From the NCBI GenBank assembly GCA_002633005.1, contig NMRA01000571.1:16180-80179 (forward strand): DNA of 64,000 nucleotides, read 5' to 3'. The first letter of the stretch is position 1. The number at the start of each line of letters is the position of its first letter. This document shows, piece by piece, positions 54,501 to 64,000 of this stretch. A model generated the notes under the pieces. It was not told the origin of the DNA. It ran no database searches and saw nothing but the letters and a program-made list of their open reading frames with translations. Source of the DNA: Phoronis australis. Lineage: Eukaryota; Animalia; Phoronida. The position numbers and the translations under genes were made by a program.

Positions 54501-56991
54501 TCTTTTGGTGGTTTTTGCATACTGTATAAATTAAATAAACTTTTGTCACACATACGCTAAACAGTATTTGTTAGTGGTGACAATGAATTCCATAATTCTG
54601 CAATTGCTGAAAAACGAGCCACAACTTTAAAGCTTCATAAAATAACAGCCTACTTAGCAAAAATTTCAAGTATCAAAATTGCTGGCGAGGAAGTTATGTC
54701 ACAGAATATCATGTCACAGGGAATCCATTCTTCGCTGACCGACAAGTGAAAATTACATTTTGTAAAATCAAGATTAGGAAAAATTTAGTCTATTAGTATA
54801 GTTTGTACTGTGTAGATGCATAAAATGAAATGTGGTAAAGTTCCAACAATGTGTAAACAAGGATTTGGAAAATGACAATTTTGTCAATTATTTTTGGGCA
54901 AATTAAGCAGAGAATCACCTTAACAACTCAGGCTGTGAGGACACAAAACTATTATTTAAATAAGAAAACATCTTCATGCCCTCTTCTGTACTTGTAAAAC
55001 AACATAGGGTAAGTCATTTAACAGTCATGCTTCAAAGCGTTTTACTTCAAGTTTACCCTGGACTGAAAATCTAAACACTAATAAGATTGAGGTCTAAGTA
55101 TGAAACACAGTCTTTAACATGAATACTTGCCATTTTGTTACAATGTCACAAAATGTCAAGAAAAAATATAAAATGTCGAAAATTGGTGACATTTCAAAGC
55201 AATTATTTTCGAACATTCCCACTAAACTTCACAAGTAGAGCTTGACTTGGAAGCGCTCCAATCGTCGCATCAAATAATTATCATAACAACTAATTGCCAA
55301 AAAGATGACTTAAACCTTACTACGCAGTATCACACTGTCATAGTTTCATAGTACCTGCATATTTAAAATAAGAAAAACTTGTGACTTGTCCTCATACAAG
55401 AGTTTTCGAACTTTGTGAGTTTCAAATCAGGTGTTTTTTGGGCAATGGGCCGGACTTAGGTGGACTGTGCACGCCCAATGCGATTCAGGCATCCGACCGC
55501 CAGCAATCTTTCTTGTTACCATCAGTACACATTCATTACCTTCAACTGTTCATACAAATTGTCACTTGTTTGGAAAGCTTGAACGAACAAATCAATGAAG
55601 TACCTCGGACCAGAAACGTTTTCAGATAAGCTTACTATTTACCCAATTTTAGAAAAGAAATACGTATTCTGCAACAATAACATTGATTTTATTGATAATT
55701 CATTTAGTACAACTTTTCCCCACATTCACACAGGCCATGGAAATTAAAGCGAAGACCTCTTACGTTTCTACACTTTTTCTCTCCAAGCTCAAAGAAAAAT
55801 CAAACACTAATACAATGTATTGTCAAGAACAAACAGTCAAACTCCAACGTAGACTGCTATTTCCATGACGACCCATTTAATATATTCCTAGAACTAGGAA
55901 ATTTAATCAAGCACTGTTGAATATCAAGCTCAAATGAAAAGCTTTTTCAATAGGACAGGAAATTGTAGGAGCCGAAGGAAGCTTCAATTGAACTCAATCT
56001 GCCAGATAAATAGTGAGGATGCTGTTTACATAAAGATAAAACCAGCTGAAGTAGCAATTAATCTATAGCCTTGGAATGAGGGAACCTTTGCTCTTAAAAA
56101 CCACCTGTTTAGAGCCACAGTCTGTGTGTTACACAGATGAAGGTTAGACAGACCCATAAAAAAAAAATCCCATGAAAAAAATATAGTTTAAAACGTAATT
56201 TAATAAAATGTGCAATTTCGTTACGCTTCTCATCAAAAATCAATAAGTATTAAAGCGGCATACAGACCAGCATATTTTAGACGCTTTACTGAAGTTCATA
56301 AATGCGATGAGCAAAATGACATTCCTAATTGCACATTTCAGACTGAATAATGTTCATTGATTGCCTAAACCTGAATGTTCCGTGCTGCCAACTCCATTTG
56401 TTTTAATTTTATATTAATCTTTGTGATCTTGACGTGATCGACTACAGGCAAAAATTCTTCAATTTGGGACAAAAAATTGCGAAAATCTCAGTTCTCTATT
56501 TTCAAAGGGCTACCAATTTAGGACACAATATGGCAGCCAACTTAAATTTTACGTTGTCTCATCATGTTGAAGGTATGCACCCTATAATCAGAAATTATTT
56601 TGAAAAACTGCGGGCATTCTCAACATTGGAAAATCGCCAAAAATGAAAAGGATAATGTTGGCAATTATTTCTGTTGTAAACTGGTGAGGCTATACAGTGC
56701 TAATAGCAAAGTGAAATATACCAAAAGGTTTTTTCATCAAAAAATTTCAATTGAGAAAATCAATTTTCTCGCGATTATCACAGTGTTTCTAACTGATGAA
56801 TTTTTACAAATGATCAGCAGAATGCCTACAGCCTCACTGTCAAAATGGTGAATAAAAAATCACTTACTGCAGTCTTTTCCTCTGACAGGGGGGTTGGGGG
56901 CACCACCAATGCACTTATGGGGGTCGGGGACAGACACCCTCCACCGTCCCCCATAGGCATCGCACTCTGTATACTCGTAGTGGAAGTCTTT
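27537..56991 (-). CDS. ELAPOR2: Endosome/lysosome-associated apoptosis and autophagy regulator (ELAPOR1/2, KIAA1324/KIAA1324L-like), spliced CDS span, 5' partial
   Basis: 20 exons joined by hand with GT-AG sites and consistent phases (2988 nt, 995 aa plus stop). Recalled family motifs: [66 protein letters not shown], TM then WKKNRKLEYKYMKL. Whether it is ELAPOR1 or ELAPOR2 is not resolved; likely a single invertebrate co-ortholog. Confidence 0.95.
28694..28729 (-). CDS. ELAPOR2: ELAPOR small cytoplasmic-tail exon (36 nt, probably cassette)
   Basis: Pyrimidine tract, tcctcttag|SSPPYKQKDYFD|gtgagt; phase 0-0, no stop. Confidence 0.7.
29483..29660 (-). CDS. ELAPOR2: ELAPOR exon (cytoplasmic tail)
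   Basis: tccag|LEYKYMKLVAGGDGKDGELPAPPQCIDSEDEENDHFDAVEFKERGGGLLGKIKSMTGSK|gtaggc; 178 nt, phase 2-0. Confidence 0.93.
30001..30180 (-). CDS. ELAPOR2: ELAPOR exon (transmembrane helix)
   Basis: tgcag|YCLLSG...KIIIGLIVGGVVLLGAVCLISLCYCWKKNR|gtaagt; 180 nt, phase 2-2. Confidence 0.93.
31183..31425 (-). CDS. ELAPOR2: ELAPOR exon (MRH-like domain region)
   Basis: tacag|PTLACPNGRSTVVTLQCDP...[25 protein letters not shown]...GLQKITYIAP|gtaagt; 243 nt, phase 2-2. Confidence 0.94.
31845..32090 (+). repeat. Intronic tandem repeat, unit about 104 bp, about 2.3 copies
   Basis: cactgcc..accaatca.agttgtgtg.gaa.at.tc at 31845, 31949 and 32054. Confidence 0.85.
32232..32351 (-). CDS. ELAPOR2: ELAPOR exon
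   Basis: tctag|LGDTLTQISMDKNLTATIKELQYRTKDDDIFIHFVYNSI|gtgagg; 120 nt, phase 2-2. Confidence 0.9.
33288..33388 (-). CDS. ELAPOR2: ELAPOR exon
   Basis: tacag|SWDMDNVVEAMVCRSTVIPPKTAGGKTLSAQPV|gtaata; 101 nt, phase 0-2. Confidence 0.9.
37037..37175 (-). CDS. ELAPOR2: ELAPOR exon
   Basis: cacag|VHDVSGGFLFTSSGTQYLHNFQLLLCPAASQSHATCQNNITLQQME|gtagtt; 139 nt, phase 2-0. Confidence 0.9.
37368..37578. mobile_element. Partial copy (right end) of the 49275-49777 MITE
   Basis: Closely similar caatgttgacaatttacgttcctc...ggaaaattccaagccctg. Confidence 0.8.
37750..38040. mobile_element. PIF/Harbinger-like MITE (intronic)
   Basis: Imperfect TIR of about 33 bp: GGGCCTCGTTTCACGAAAAGTGATATAAGACTT / AAGTCTTACATCATTTTTCATGAAATGGGTGC. 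Confidence 0.6.
38470..38688 (-). CDS. ELAPOR2: ELAPOR exon
   Basis: cacag|CVPCPDGQYISSESMSCVQCPPNTVINSNHAFGRESCQPCGEG...CYSDC...FNFTSLS|gtaaga; 219 nt, phase 2-2. Confidence 0.93.
39113..39313 (-). CDS. ELAPOR2: ELAPOR exon
   Basis: ctcag|AIITKTEPVSFSWAFQKTTFDSAFRDG...ARIYSINITNTLTGGAAECVQCPRTSDAD|gtgagt; 201 nt, phase 2-2. Confidence 0.92.
39793..39860 (-). CDS. ELAPOR2: ELAPOR exon
   Basis: tgcag|ESRSMGASVIKAWQGKRSKQQY|gtgagt; 68 nt, phase 0-2. Confidence 0.9.
42210..42221 (-). CDS. Candidate 12-nt micro-exon (KHKK) of ELAPOR
   Basis: TACTAAC branch point (42248-42254), then ttaacag|AAGCACAAGAAG|gtaaaa in a phase-0 intron; TGCATG about 60 nt downstream. Confidence 0.4.
43212..43447 (-). 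CDS. ELAPOR2: ELAPOR exon
   Basis: ctag|DTGCSTKNGWQPANDHIHTGVGHADDAYLILLLDVDGF...RITFVFELDC...CQMYFMQ|gttggt; 236 nt, phase 1-0. Confidence 0.92.
44154..44267 (-). CDS. ELAPOR2: ELAPOR exon
   Basis: ttcag|GREACQPCPVNSAPKTGLVYKWWNTMPPNMTASCISTD|gtgagt; 114 nt, phase 1-1. Confidence 0.92.
44913..45081 (-). CDS. ELAPOR2: ELAPOR exon
   Basis: cacag|TQKMYKWAEHKLCRTDVAGSAKLPASGVKEECPPCNPGMHYTQQSCQFCPKNTFSD|gtaagg; 169 nt, phase 0-1. Confidence 0.93.
46112..46458. mobile_element. Tc1/mariner-type MITE (intronic)
   Basis: TA-CAGGGAGGGACAAAAAAATGTTAC ... GTAACAATTTTTGACCCACCCTG-TA. Confidence 0.7.
46478..46566 (-). CDS. ELAPOR2: ELAPOR exon
   Basis: ttag|GQGASECTDRPACTSNDYFGYLTACDENNQ|gtatgg; 89 nt, phase 1-0. 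Confidence 0.92.
47449..47598 (-). CDS. ELAPOR2: ELAPOR exon
   Basis: tacag|[50 protein letters not shown]|gtaagc; 150 nt, phase 1-1. Confidence 0.93.
48662..48863 (-). CDS. ELAPOR2: ELAPOR exon
   Basis: ttag|VQNDQCASSSEASGDKWPRMTSEGQWKTQTIELKKGLNVITWRT...VLIKNIEVS|gtaagt; 202 nt, phase 0-1. Confidence 0.93.
49275..49777. mobile_element. MITE with CAGGGCTTGGAAT TIR and 6-bp TSD (intronic)
   Basis: Perfect 13-bp TIR; ATGTTG on both sides. Confidence 0.8.
50022..50169 (-). CDS. ELAPOR2: ELAPOR exon
   Basis: gcag|NGWSTKGEFIASLASHCKSSLVYTANLVKPGKVSFTYQYTDKNTVFRVL|gtgagg; 148 nt, phase 2-0. Confidence 0.93.
50920..51130 (-). CDS. ELAPOR2: ELAPOR exon
   Basis: ctag|YTCPPGNYLNITGDQDCHKCPEGTYSMGGGVRYENWSKLPQGF...KCTE|gtaagg; 211 nt, phase 1-2. 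Confidence 0.93.
51961..52159. mobile_element. Diverged Harbinger-like MITE (intronic)
   Basis: tagtgtcgtttacacttacaaa / tttatgtctaaatgggacta imperfect TIRs; internal gacacgga/tccgtgtc inverted motifs. Confidence 0.5.
56868..56991 (-). CDS. ELAPOR2: ELAPOR exon (first visible coding exon)
   Basis: tttcag|[41 protein letters not shown]|gtaagt; 124 nt, phase 0-1. Confidence 0.93.
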
Positions 56992-59900
56992 CTGAAACGG
57001 AAGAGAGAAAACACCGTCAACATGTCATTGATACTTAGGTGAACAGAATAAGTGATTAAACAAAGCATTGCTAAAATATAAAATTTTGCAATAAAAAACA
57101 CAATTCTGGGACACTCATTATAATCAGAAGTTTTGCAAATAACCTGACCAATAACTAGCTGATACAAAAAACTGTATACAGTTCAGTCACCCACCTTAAG
57201 ACAAAGAACAGATTGAAAAGTAGTCTTTATTGAAATTCGATCAGGCCTGTACATTAATAATTCAACTGACGACCAGGCAAAGTCAACATTTTAAACATTA
57301 GCCGATTTTTTTGCTCCAAAATTTCATCACTTTTCATCGAGAAGCAACTACATCAACTTTACAGTAAAAAATAACCCTTGTACCCAGCTACCAATTTCCA
57401 ACACACAAAGCTCAGGATTAAAGGTAAAAATCTCGTTGGACATTTATTTAAGCATCTACTAGACACTAGACAGTTTTATGACTTTCAACACACTAGAAGG
57501 TTACTGGGCAAACACACACGGGTGTGTTTATAGGAGTGACTGAAGAAACATGCCAGAAATTTTGTCCCACACTCTCACTCTACCTTAGCTGATAAAGGTT
57601 TTAGCCAAATAATTATGAGCCCATCCCAGACAAGAAATAATACCCACAGAAAATAGTAACAATGTGTATAGACTTAGAGACTTGGCCCTTCAGCTTAAGT
57701 GATAATAAATTATTTTTCACAAATAGTTGTGTGGAGCCAAACACCGAATTTCTGACTTACGAAATTCGTGTTTCACGAGACAGACCCCAGATTAAAAAGG
57801 GATGTCCAAATGGCACCGTAAGACAATTCAAGAACTCCAAACTCAAGAGTTTCTACTCCAACACCGTCTTCCTATTCCATAAGTTTTCCATGATGTGAAC
57901 AGTGAATATCACTTTCCATAAGTTTTTCTCACGGATGTCCCCAGACAAAGTAAATTTTTCTTGGATTAACTGTTCTCACCAATTTCAGACAAAAATAATC
58001 GTCAAAATTAATCGTTCCAAGGCTTACAACACTTCCTACAACACGCACAATTTCTTGAAACGTTATCTTATTGTGGAGTAGCTATGACGAGTAAAGAACA
58101 CAAAAATTACTAAGCAGTTACTGAATACGACTTTTCTTTTATGAAAAAAATACAATTACACTGGTCAGTCTGATACGAGTAACTGTTTGCATGAACTTGC
58201 AACTGACTTTGTAAATGAAAGTGATTCTTCTATAGTGAGGTACACAAATTTTCCAGGGGTTTCCATGCTTGGAAATTAATTTTTTTTTTGTCATTTTCAA
58301 AGCCTCTTAAATTTTCCATGATGAGTTGGAATCGATGACGAAATTGCACTGTTTCAAGTGCATTATAGTTGTAAAAATGCCATCACCACTCACAGGAGTC
58401 GCAATAAGACAAGCAATGGTGTTTTGGCTAACTAAACCTCTTAGTAACTCTTTCCATAGTTGCATGCATTACCATTATGTTCACACCAAAACCGACAGCT
58501 AATGTTATCAACCAACTTAGTGGTTTCAGTCCCTTGACGTCAATGTTATCGTTTTCTGATTCAGCTCAGTTTGTGACCAAGTGTGCCGTAGTTTCCAACG
58601 AGAGACAACAACAGCACCACCTACTGAGTTATAACGTTTGCAACTGTTGTGATCACACTGCGTTACACTGTTATTACCTCTCGCCAAACCACCATGACAG
58701 AAGGTTGTAACTGCTGCAACTTTTGATATCTGATTTTAAAGCATTCAGACTGAGTTATAAGCCTGAAATCTGTTTTAAAAGAACTGTAATCACTTTGGTG
58801 TGAACAGGGTAATGACACAACCAGAGTGTGATCAGCAGCAGAACCATTAACAGAAAACCATATCTGGGTTACGTGGTCAATCACTAAGTTTAAAGTTCAT
58901 TAGTTTCAAGAGAACACTGTTGATCTAAACAGCTGACTAATGATTTCAGAGATAACAATCATGTGAGCCTCCTAATTGAAATTTGAAAAAAACAGACTGG
59001 GATCGATCGTGAAAGTTTTGCAGAACCTCACCAACCTTAGTATAATAACGTCGGATGTAAATGATTTATTTTCAACTATTTCATGCAAACAGTGGTGGGT
59101 TTTCTCGTTTTATTCGCAGTTGCACTTTTAGCAAAATAATTGAAAGGCAGTTTTAACTTCTGCTGCAACACCATCACAAAACTGTTGACAACTCAAAATT
59201 CTTTTCATCAAAAAATTGACAAAAATATGTTGAAGAGCCAGCTGTGTTAAACAGGGAAAACCACTTCCAACGGCCCTTTCCCACAAATGTAAAGCTGCTT
59301 CCTACATGTAGGTGTTTAGAGAGCCTTTGCTACTAGGAGCAATTAAATAATATCTTGGATAGAGGTGTTAACAGAGCAAGTTTACTTCACAATATAAAAA
59401 TGTAGATTTAACAGCAAAGCATCAAGGCATGGCTTAAGTGGGAACTTAACATCTGAGTCACCAGGGAAACGTTTGTCAGTGGGAATGTTTGGTCTCGGAT
59501 TACTAAAACAGCTCAAATTTACTTCGCAACGAACAGGTCGACCTAACAACAAAACGTTGACGCATCGCTCAGTGGAAACACTCAACTTTCTATCAAAGTT
59601 ATCGGCAGGGATAACTGCCGTAACAATGGTTAAGGCCATACTACGCCACCTTGACATAACTTTGGTGACAATAGCATCACCTAAGGATAACACTGATGTT
59701 TTTTGCTCACTATCGGAGCTAACAGGCATGCACATGTTAACTTCACAGATCACGTCGGCACGTTAATAGTACCGGATTCAACCTAGGAAAGGCTACAGAT
59801 GTTGGTTTTGTATCGAAGCCAGTGCGAACACGAAAACGAACTCCACTATTTACGTCCACAAACGGAGACAACTAAACAGAAAAACAGCTCACAGAAGAAA

Positions 59901-60143
59901 CCTCAAAGATGACATAGCTTCATCAGTGCAGAGCTTTATGCATGATTAATCATGTAGCCTTTTCTAATGCTTCATTAAAATAGATTGGCGGTGCACCTTA
60001 ATTACGATGATTCCTACTGAATCAATACAACAAAAACGTCTAGGGATGTTTTAAGTGGATGTCACCTGCATGAACCAAGCCTGTAAAAGGACTAATGCTT
60101 GACACAGGTGGCATTGAACAGCTTGAAATGACAACACTAAATT

Positions 60144-60390
60144 CTGAGCTTGGAATGACCAATGGCAAAAGAGAGGATATTTTTTCAGTTGATGTGTCAT
60201 TCCACAAATAATCTAGTGTGATACAAATATTTTTTGTGTTGTAAAAGATAACTGAAATAAACATTTTTGCATGAATAAAGTCAAAATAATGACAAAAACA
60301 GACAAAAAAGAAGAAACTGGAATTCAAATAAGAGGAAATTGAAACCAAAAAAGAGGAAATCCTCTTAAAAGAGGAAAATTTGAAGCCCTG
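60144..60390. mobile_element. Diverged short relative of the CAGGGCTTGGAAT MITE
   Basis: Left end ctgagcttggaatgaccaatg, right end aaaatttgaagccctg; no clear TSD. Confidence 0.55.
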
Positions 60391-60703
60391 AGACTAATAA
60401 GTTTCAATCGTTAAAACTTCAAAACTATTGGCAAAAGCTCAGTGGAAGTAGTTAGTGGAAAGTAGTTCCTGTTACCCAGCTTTTCATGTAACACACTTAT
60501 TCCAATATTCCAATGGAAACATTGCGTATGCGATGAGCTGGCGAAAGGATACTTATGCGAACACTTTTGCTGTTTTTTTACCACAAAAACATAAAAAGAA
60601 CCAAAATCTAAAAAGCTCTTACAGTTTTTTAAAACATCATCTGGTTTTTGTTGTCTGGAGTTTAACAATTTTCACGAAAAACCATGACATTTCCTTTTTG
60701 ACT

Positions 60704-60771
60704 AGCTCCTCATTCAAAAGTGCAACATTTTAAAAACAGCTCCTCATTCAAAAGTGCAACATTTTAAAAAC
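60704..60771 (+). repeat. 34-bp tandem duplication
   Basis: agctcctcattcaaaagtgcaacattttaaaaac x2. Confidence 0.9.
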
Positions 60772-61089
60772 GATTCCTAACAAAAAGTTGGAGGATAGAG
60801 CATAACACATAGTATTAGAAAGTTCCATCAGCCATTTCTGAGATACGGATTTTCCGAATTCAGCCAAATTTGGACATTTTTCCAAGGGCCTATATAACCT
60901 TATCTTTCAAATTCAAGAGCATAGGTGCGAAGTTAGTTGTACCTTTCATACTGGCTTCCGTATTTACAAAAAATTGCAGTCTCGTACAAGTTGTACAAGA
61001 GGCGCGCATGCTGCTCAGGTGGGACCATTGCACTATTACCTGGAACTATTTTCAAGCTTTATTACTGTAATATTATAGATAGTTAACTG

Positions 61090-61200
61090 AGGAGCTAGAA
61101 GCCTTACTCAAGGGTCTAACAGTGTGTCCAAGCCGGACTGGGAACTCATGACTTCGAGTTATGGAAGTGGACACTTAACATTTTTATCCCACAGGGCCAC
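61090..61200 (-). mobile_element. Degenerate tRNA-derived SINE relic
   Basis: Decayed tRNA head (gagttcccagtcc B-box-like) followed by a cccttgagtaaggc SINE-core-like motif. Confidence 0.45.
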
Positions 61201-62011
61201 ACTGCCTGCTCAGCTTGTGTTGTTAGTGGACATCACAGTTATCACAGTTTGATGTTTGTGTTATAGAAGTTACAGCAAGATGACCTTGTGAAAACTGCAA
61301 GCACTGTTTATTTGAATGTGAAGCGTGGTCTGTATGGTGGTATTATACTAAATGAAATTAAATGCTTATATTGGTAAAATGGTGATTATTTGAAAAAAAA
61401 ATCAAATAATACAACTGCTGTTATCTACAGTGACAACACCAGTGACTCCTATGATATCATTAATCCTTCATACTGCATCAAAGCAAGGACGTCCTGTTTA
61501 CTATGAAGTTGCACTGCTCTGAGAGCCCTAAACCGTTCGTTCGTATTGAACATTCCCCAAAAAATTGATGCACATCTGCATTGGCAAGAAAGATTCCTAA
61601 CTTCCACAGTTGCTTATGGCTGGAGAAAGCTTACCTCTAGACAGTGAGTCACAAACATATGGGGCAGCAGCTACAGTAGCTTTGTTTAGTCTGAACCATT
61701 TCATGCAGGAATGTTGCTAGGGGTAACACAGTTGTAAGTTTGGGGAGAACTTGGTATTTTCAATCATATCAATTGCCAAAGAAAAGCATGTACCCTATTT
61801 AGAGAACTAAGTTGTCTTCTTTAGGAATACAATGTTGCAGGAAGTGGTTCCTTTGAGCCTATACCTTCCTAGGACAATGAGTTATTACTTTGGAGAGTTC
61901 AAGAAACACAAGAAGCTTCAGAGATTGGAACGTCAGCGACAACGCTGAGCACAACTTAAAGGTGCATGGAACGTGAAAGTACATCAAAATATCTTTAAAA
62001 CAATTCTTGAC

Positions 62012-62158
62012 GAAAGTACCATCTCGTACATGAAAGTATTATCTCGTACATGAAAGTACCATCTCGTACATGAAAGTACCATCTCGTACATGAAAGTACC
62101 ACCTCGTACATGAAAGTACCCTCTTGTACATGAAAGTACCATCTCGTACATAAAGTAC
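62012..62158 (+). repeat. Minisatellite, 20-bp unit, about 7 copies
   Basis: gaaagtaccatctcgtacat. Confidence 0.95.
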
Positions 62159-64000
62159 AGTAATTCACTCTCCCATGAAAGAAAATTTCCAGAAAAAATC
62201 ACAACATTCATTTTTTAAATACTGGCAAACGAAAAACTCTAGTCACTACGGAGTTTCTAATCTTCTTGCCACCTATGATAAATGCGCATATGCGCTCAAA
62301 GTTGTTATACAAACAGCTGACTGATAAGATGGATATTAACGGTAGATTATGATGTGTGACGACACTCCAAATATGAAGTAGATAGCAGCGCGGCATGATA
62401 CAAGCCAATAAAGCAAGTAATTTTAATACAAAAATACTTCCAAGTACATTACTACGATACCTTTCTAAACAGTTAGATATTATTATACCAGTTGCCACTT
62501 AATCGCACAGGCTGTTCCTTGAAGTTGACATCGTTTTGCTTACATCAAAGGTGAAAGGCCACACTTTCCATACAACAGAAATATGTTAGGTCTATGTCAA
62601 GTAATACTATATAAGGAGATGGGCTTTTGCCTTGTGGGAGGAAAATCAACAGTGGTGAGCAGTTGACAGATCGTTTTTCTGAAACTGGAAACTAAAAGAA
62701 AAATGTTTCGATGTCAACAGAAATTCAAATTCTTTATGAACAAAACATAAAAATACCTGGTGAATAGGTTGTATTCCGTTTCAGTGGCACAGAACCACTG
62801 TGAACATTGCAATTTAGTCCGTTTTTCGCGTTCTTCGCCTCTTTAAAAAATGCAGGTGAAAGGTCTACGCTGTGGTCATATATTATTAGGGATTCAAATT
62901 ATATCACAGATACTTAAAAATTTCAGGGTACGCTTTCAATGCTAAGAGGAATAGAACAGTGACATAGTCATGTCATATGGCTTCTCATTGGTCAACAGAA
63001 CAAAGTTGCAATTGGACAATTTGATTGGCTGATGTTGAGAATTGCTCAGATATACTCTTTAATTGACAGAGAAACAAAAACAGACTCAATGGATACATTG
63101 CATAAGCTTGTAATCTTTGACACAATCAAGGTAGCAAGGCATCGCACAAAAAAGCCCCCAGGTTCACTACACATTTCCGGCTCATTCCCGTACATCATGT
63201 TTACAACAAATTCCAGACTGAGGCATGCATAATGATGCTCACACATCCACTACTACTACTGCACATCAATCATCATCCTTTCACAGGGTCCCTCTCCCCA
63301 TAGGTGGCACTGGAACCGACCCCCCCACCACCAACACTCTGGTTTAACTGGCCAACAATGAGTCAATGTGAACGGAAATATGAACCCAACCCCATGCAAT
63401 ATTCAAGTGAATATGAAACACAAATCGCTCCCAGGTTGAAATTTATGTAATTTTACCTGCGTAATTCTAATTATGAATTCAAACACCTGCTAAAACACGC
63501 AGGTAAAAATCGATACTCGTCACTAATATGATGATTCATAGCAAAACTTAAGATACACAACCTTGTATGCTCTACAGGTGTCAGTGTGAAACTTCTAGGG
63601 ATAGATTGATTAGGATTTTAGACTGGTGTTCAGTGTTCTCCACATTATAAATTCCAAACTCGACGCAATTGTTGAATGTCAGTTATTGACATTGTTTTGT
63701 GTCTAGTCATAAGCATGGTCATGCTGGAGGTATTTATATATGGTTTAAAACTGCACACTGCACTGGTGTGACCTACTTCTTAGACACTTCAAAGTTTAGC
63801 TTTCCTACCAATGCATCTCATAATTTCTCCAAAGCATTTGACAGACCAAGAGCAGCAAACAAAAGATCAAAAGTTCCTTTAATAATACCAATGCCGATTT
63901 TAATATCAATTAGACATATTAAGTACTACTAACATGAGTTCTGATGTGACCTAGTTTTTAGTGACACCTGTTGTCAAGTTTAATAAGCTCATAAAGTTCT

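Noticed and set aside
62012-62158. Regular 20-bp repeats (and the 30-bp repeats at 20130) as a CRISPR-like array
   Set aside because: Head-to-tail copies with no unique spacers, no cas genes, eukaryotic context
57000-64000. Short ORFs upstream of the first visible ELAPOR exon
   Set aside because: No homology or signal-peptide exon recognised; the region reads as a large first intron containing repeats

Overview
Eukaryotic (animal, probably marine invertebrate) genomic DNA, AT-rich and full of transposon relics; most ORF-track calls are spurious. Main content: (1) A minus-strand, multi-exon ELAPOR1/2 (KIAA1324/KIAA1324L, EIG121) gene. I traced 20 exons from 56991 to the stop at 27537 with canonical GT-AG sites and matching phases (995 aa visible). 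The signal-peptide exon was not found and is probably beyond the window. There are candidate alternative micro-exons. (2) An intronless neuropeptide-precursor-like gene at 14257-14876 (+): signal peptide, repeated x5-GKR amidated peptides and acidic spacers. It is broken by two frameshifts and has a Gypsy LTR relic about 260 bp upstream. (3) Relics of a CR1/L2-group LINE, an L1/Tx1 LINE, a hAT transposase, a Gypsy gag, tRNA-derived repeats and many MITEs, several with unusual 5-bp or 6-bp target-site duplications. A 460-bp tandem duplication split by a single N is probably an assembly artefact. All homology calls come from motif recognition, not database searches.
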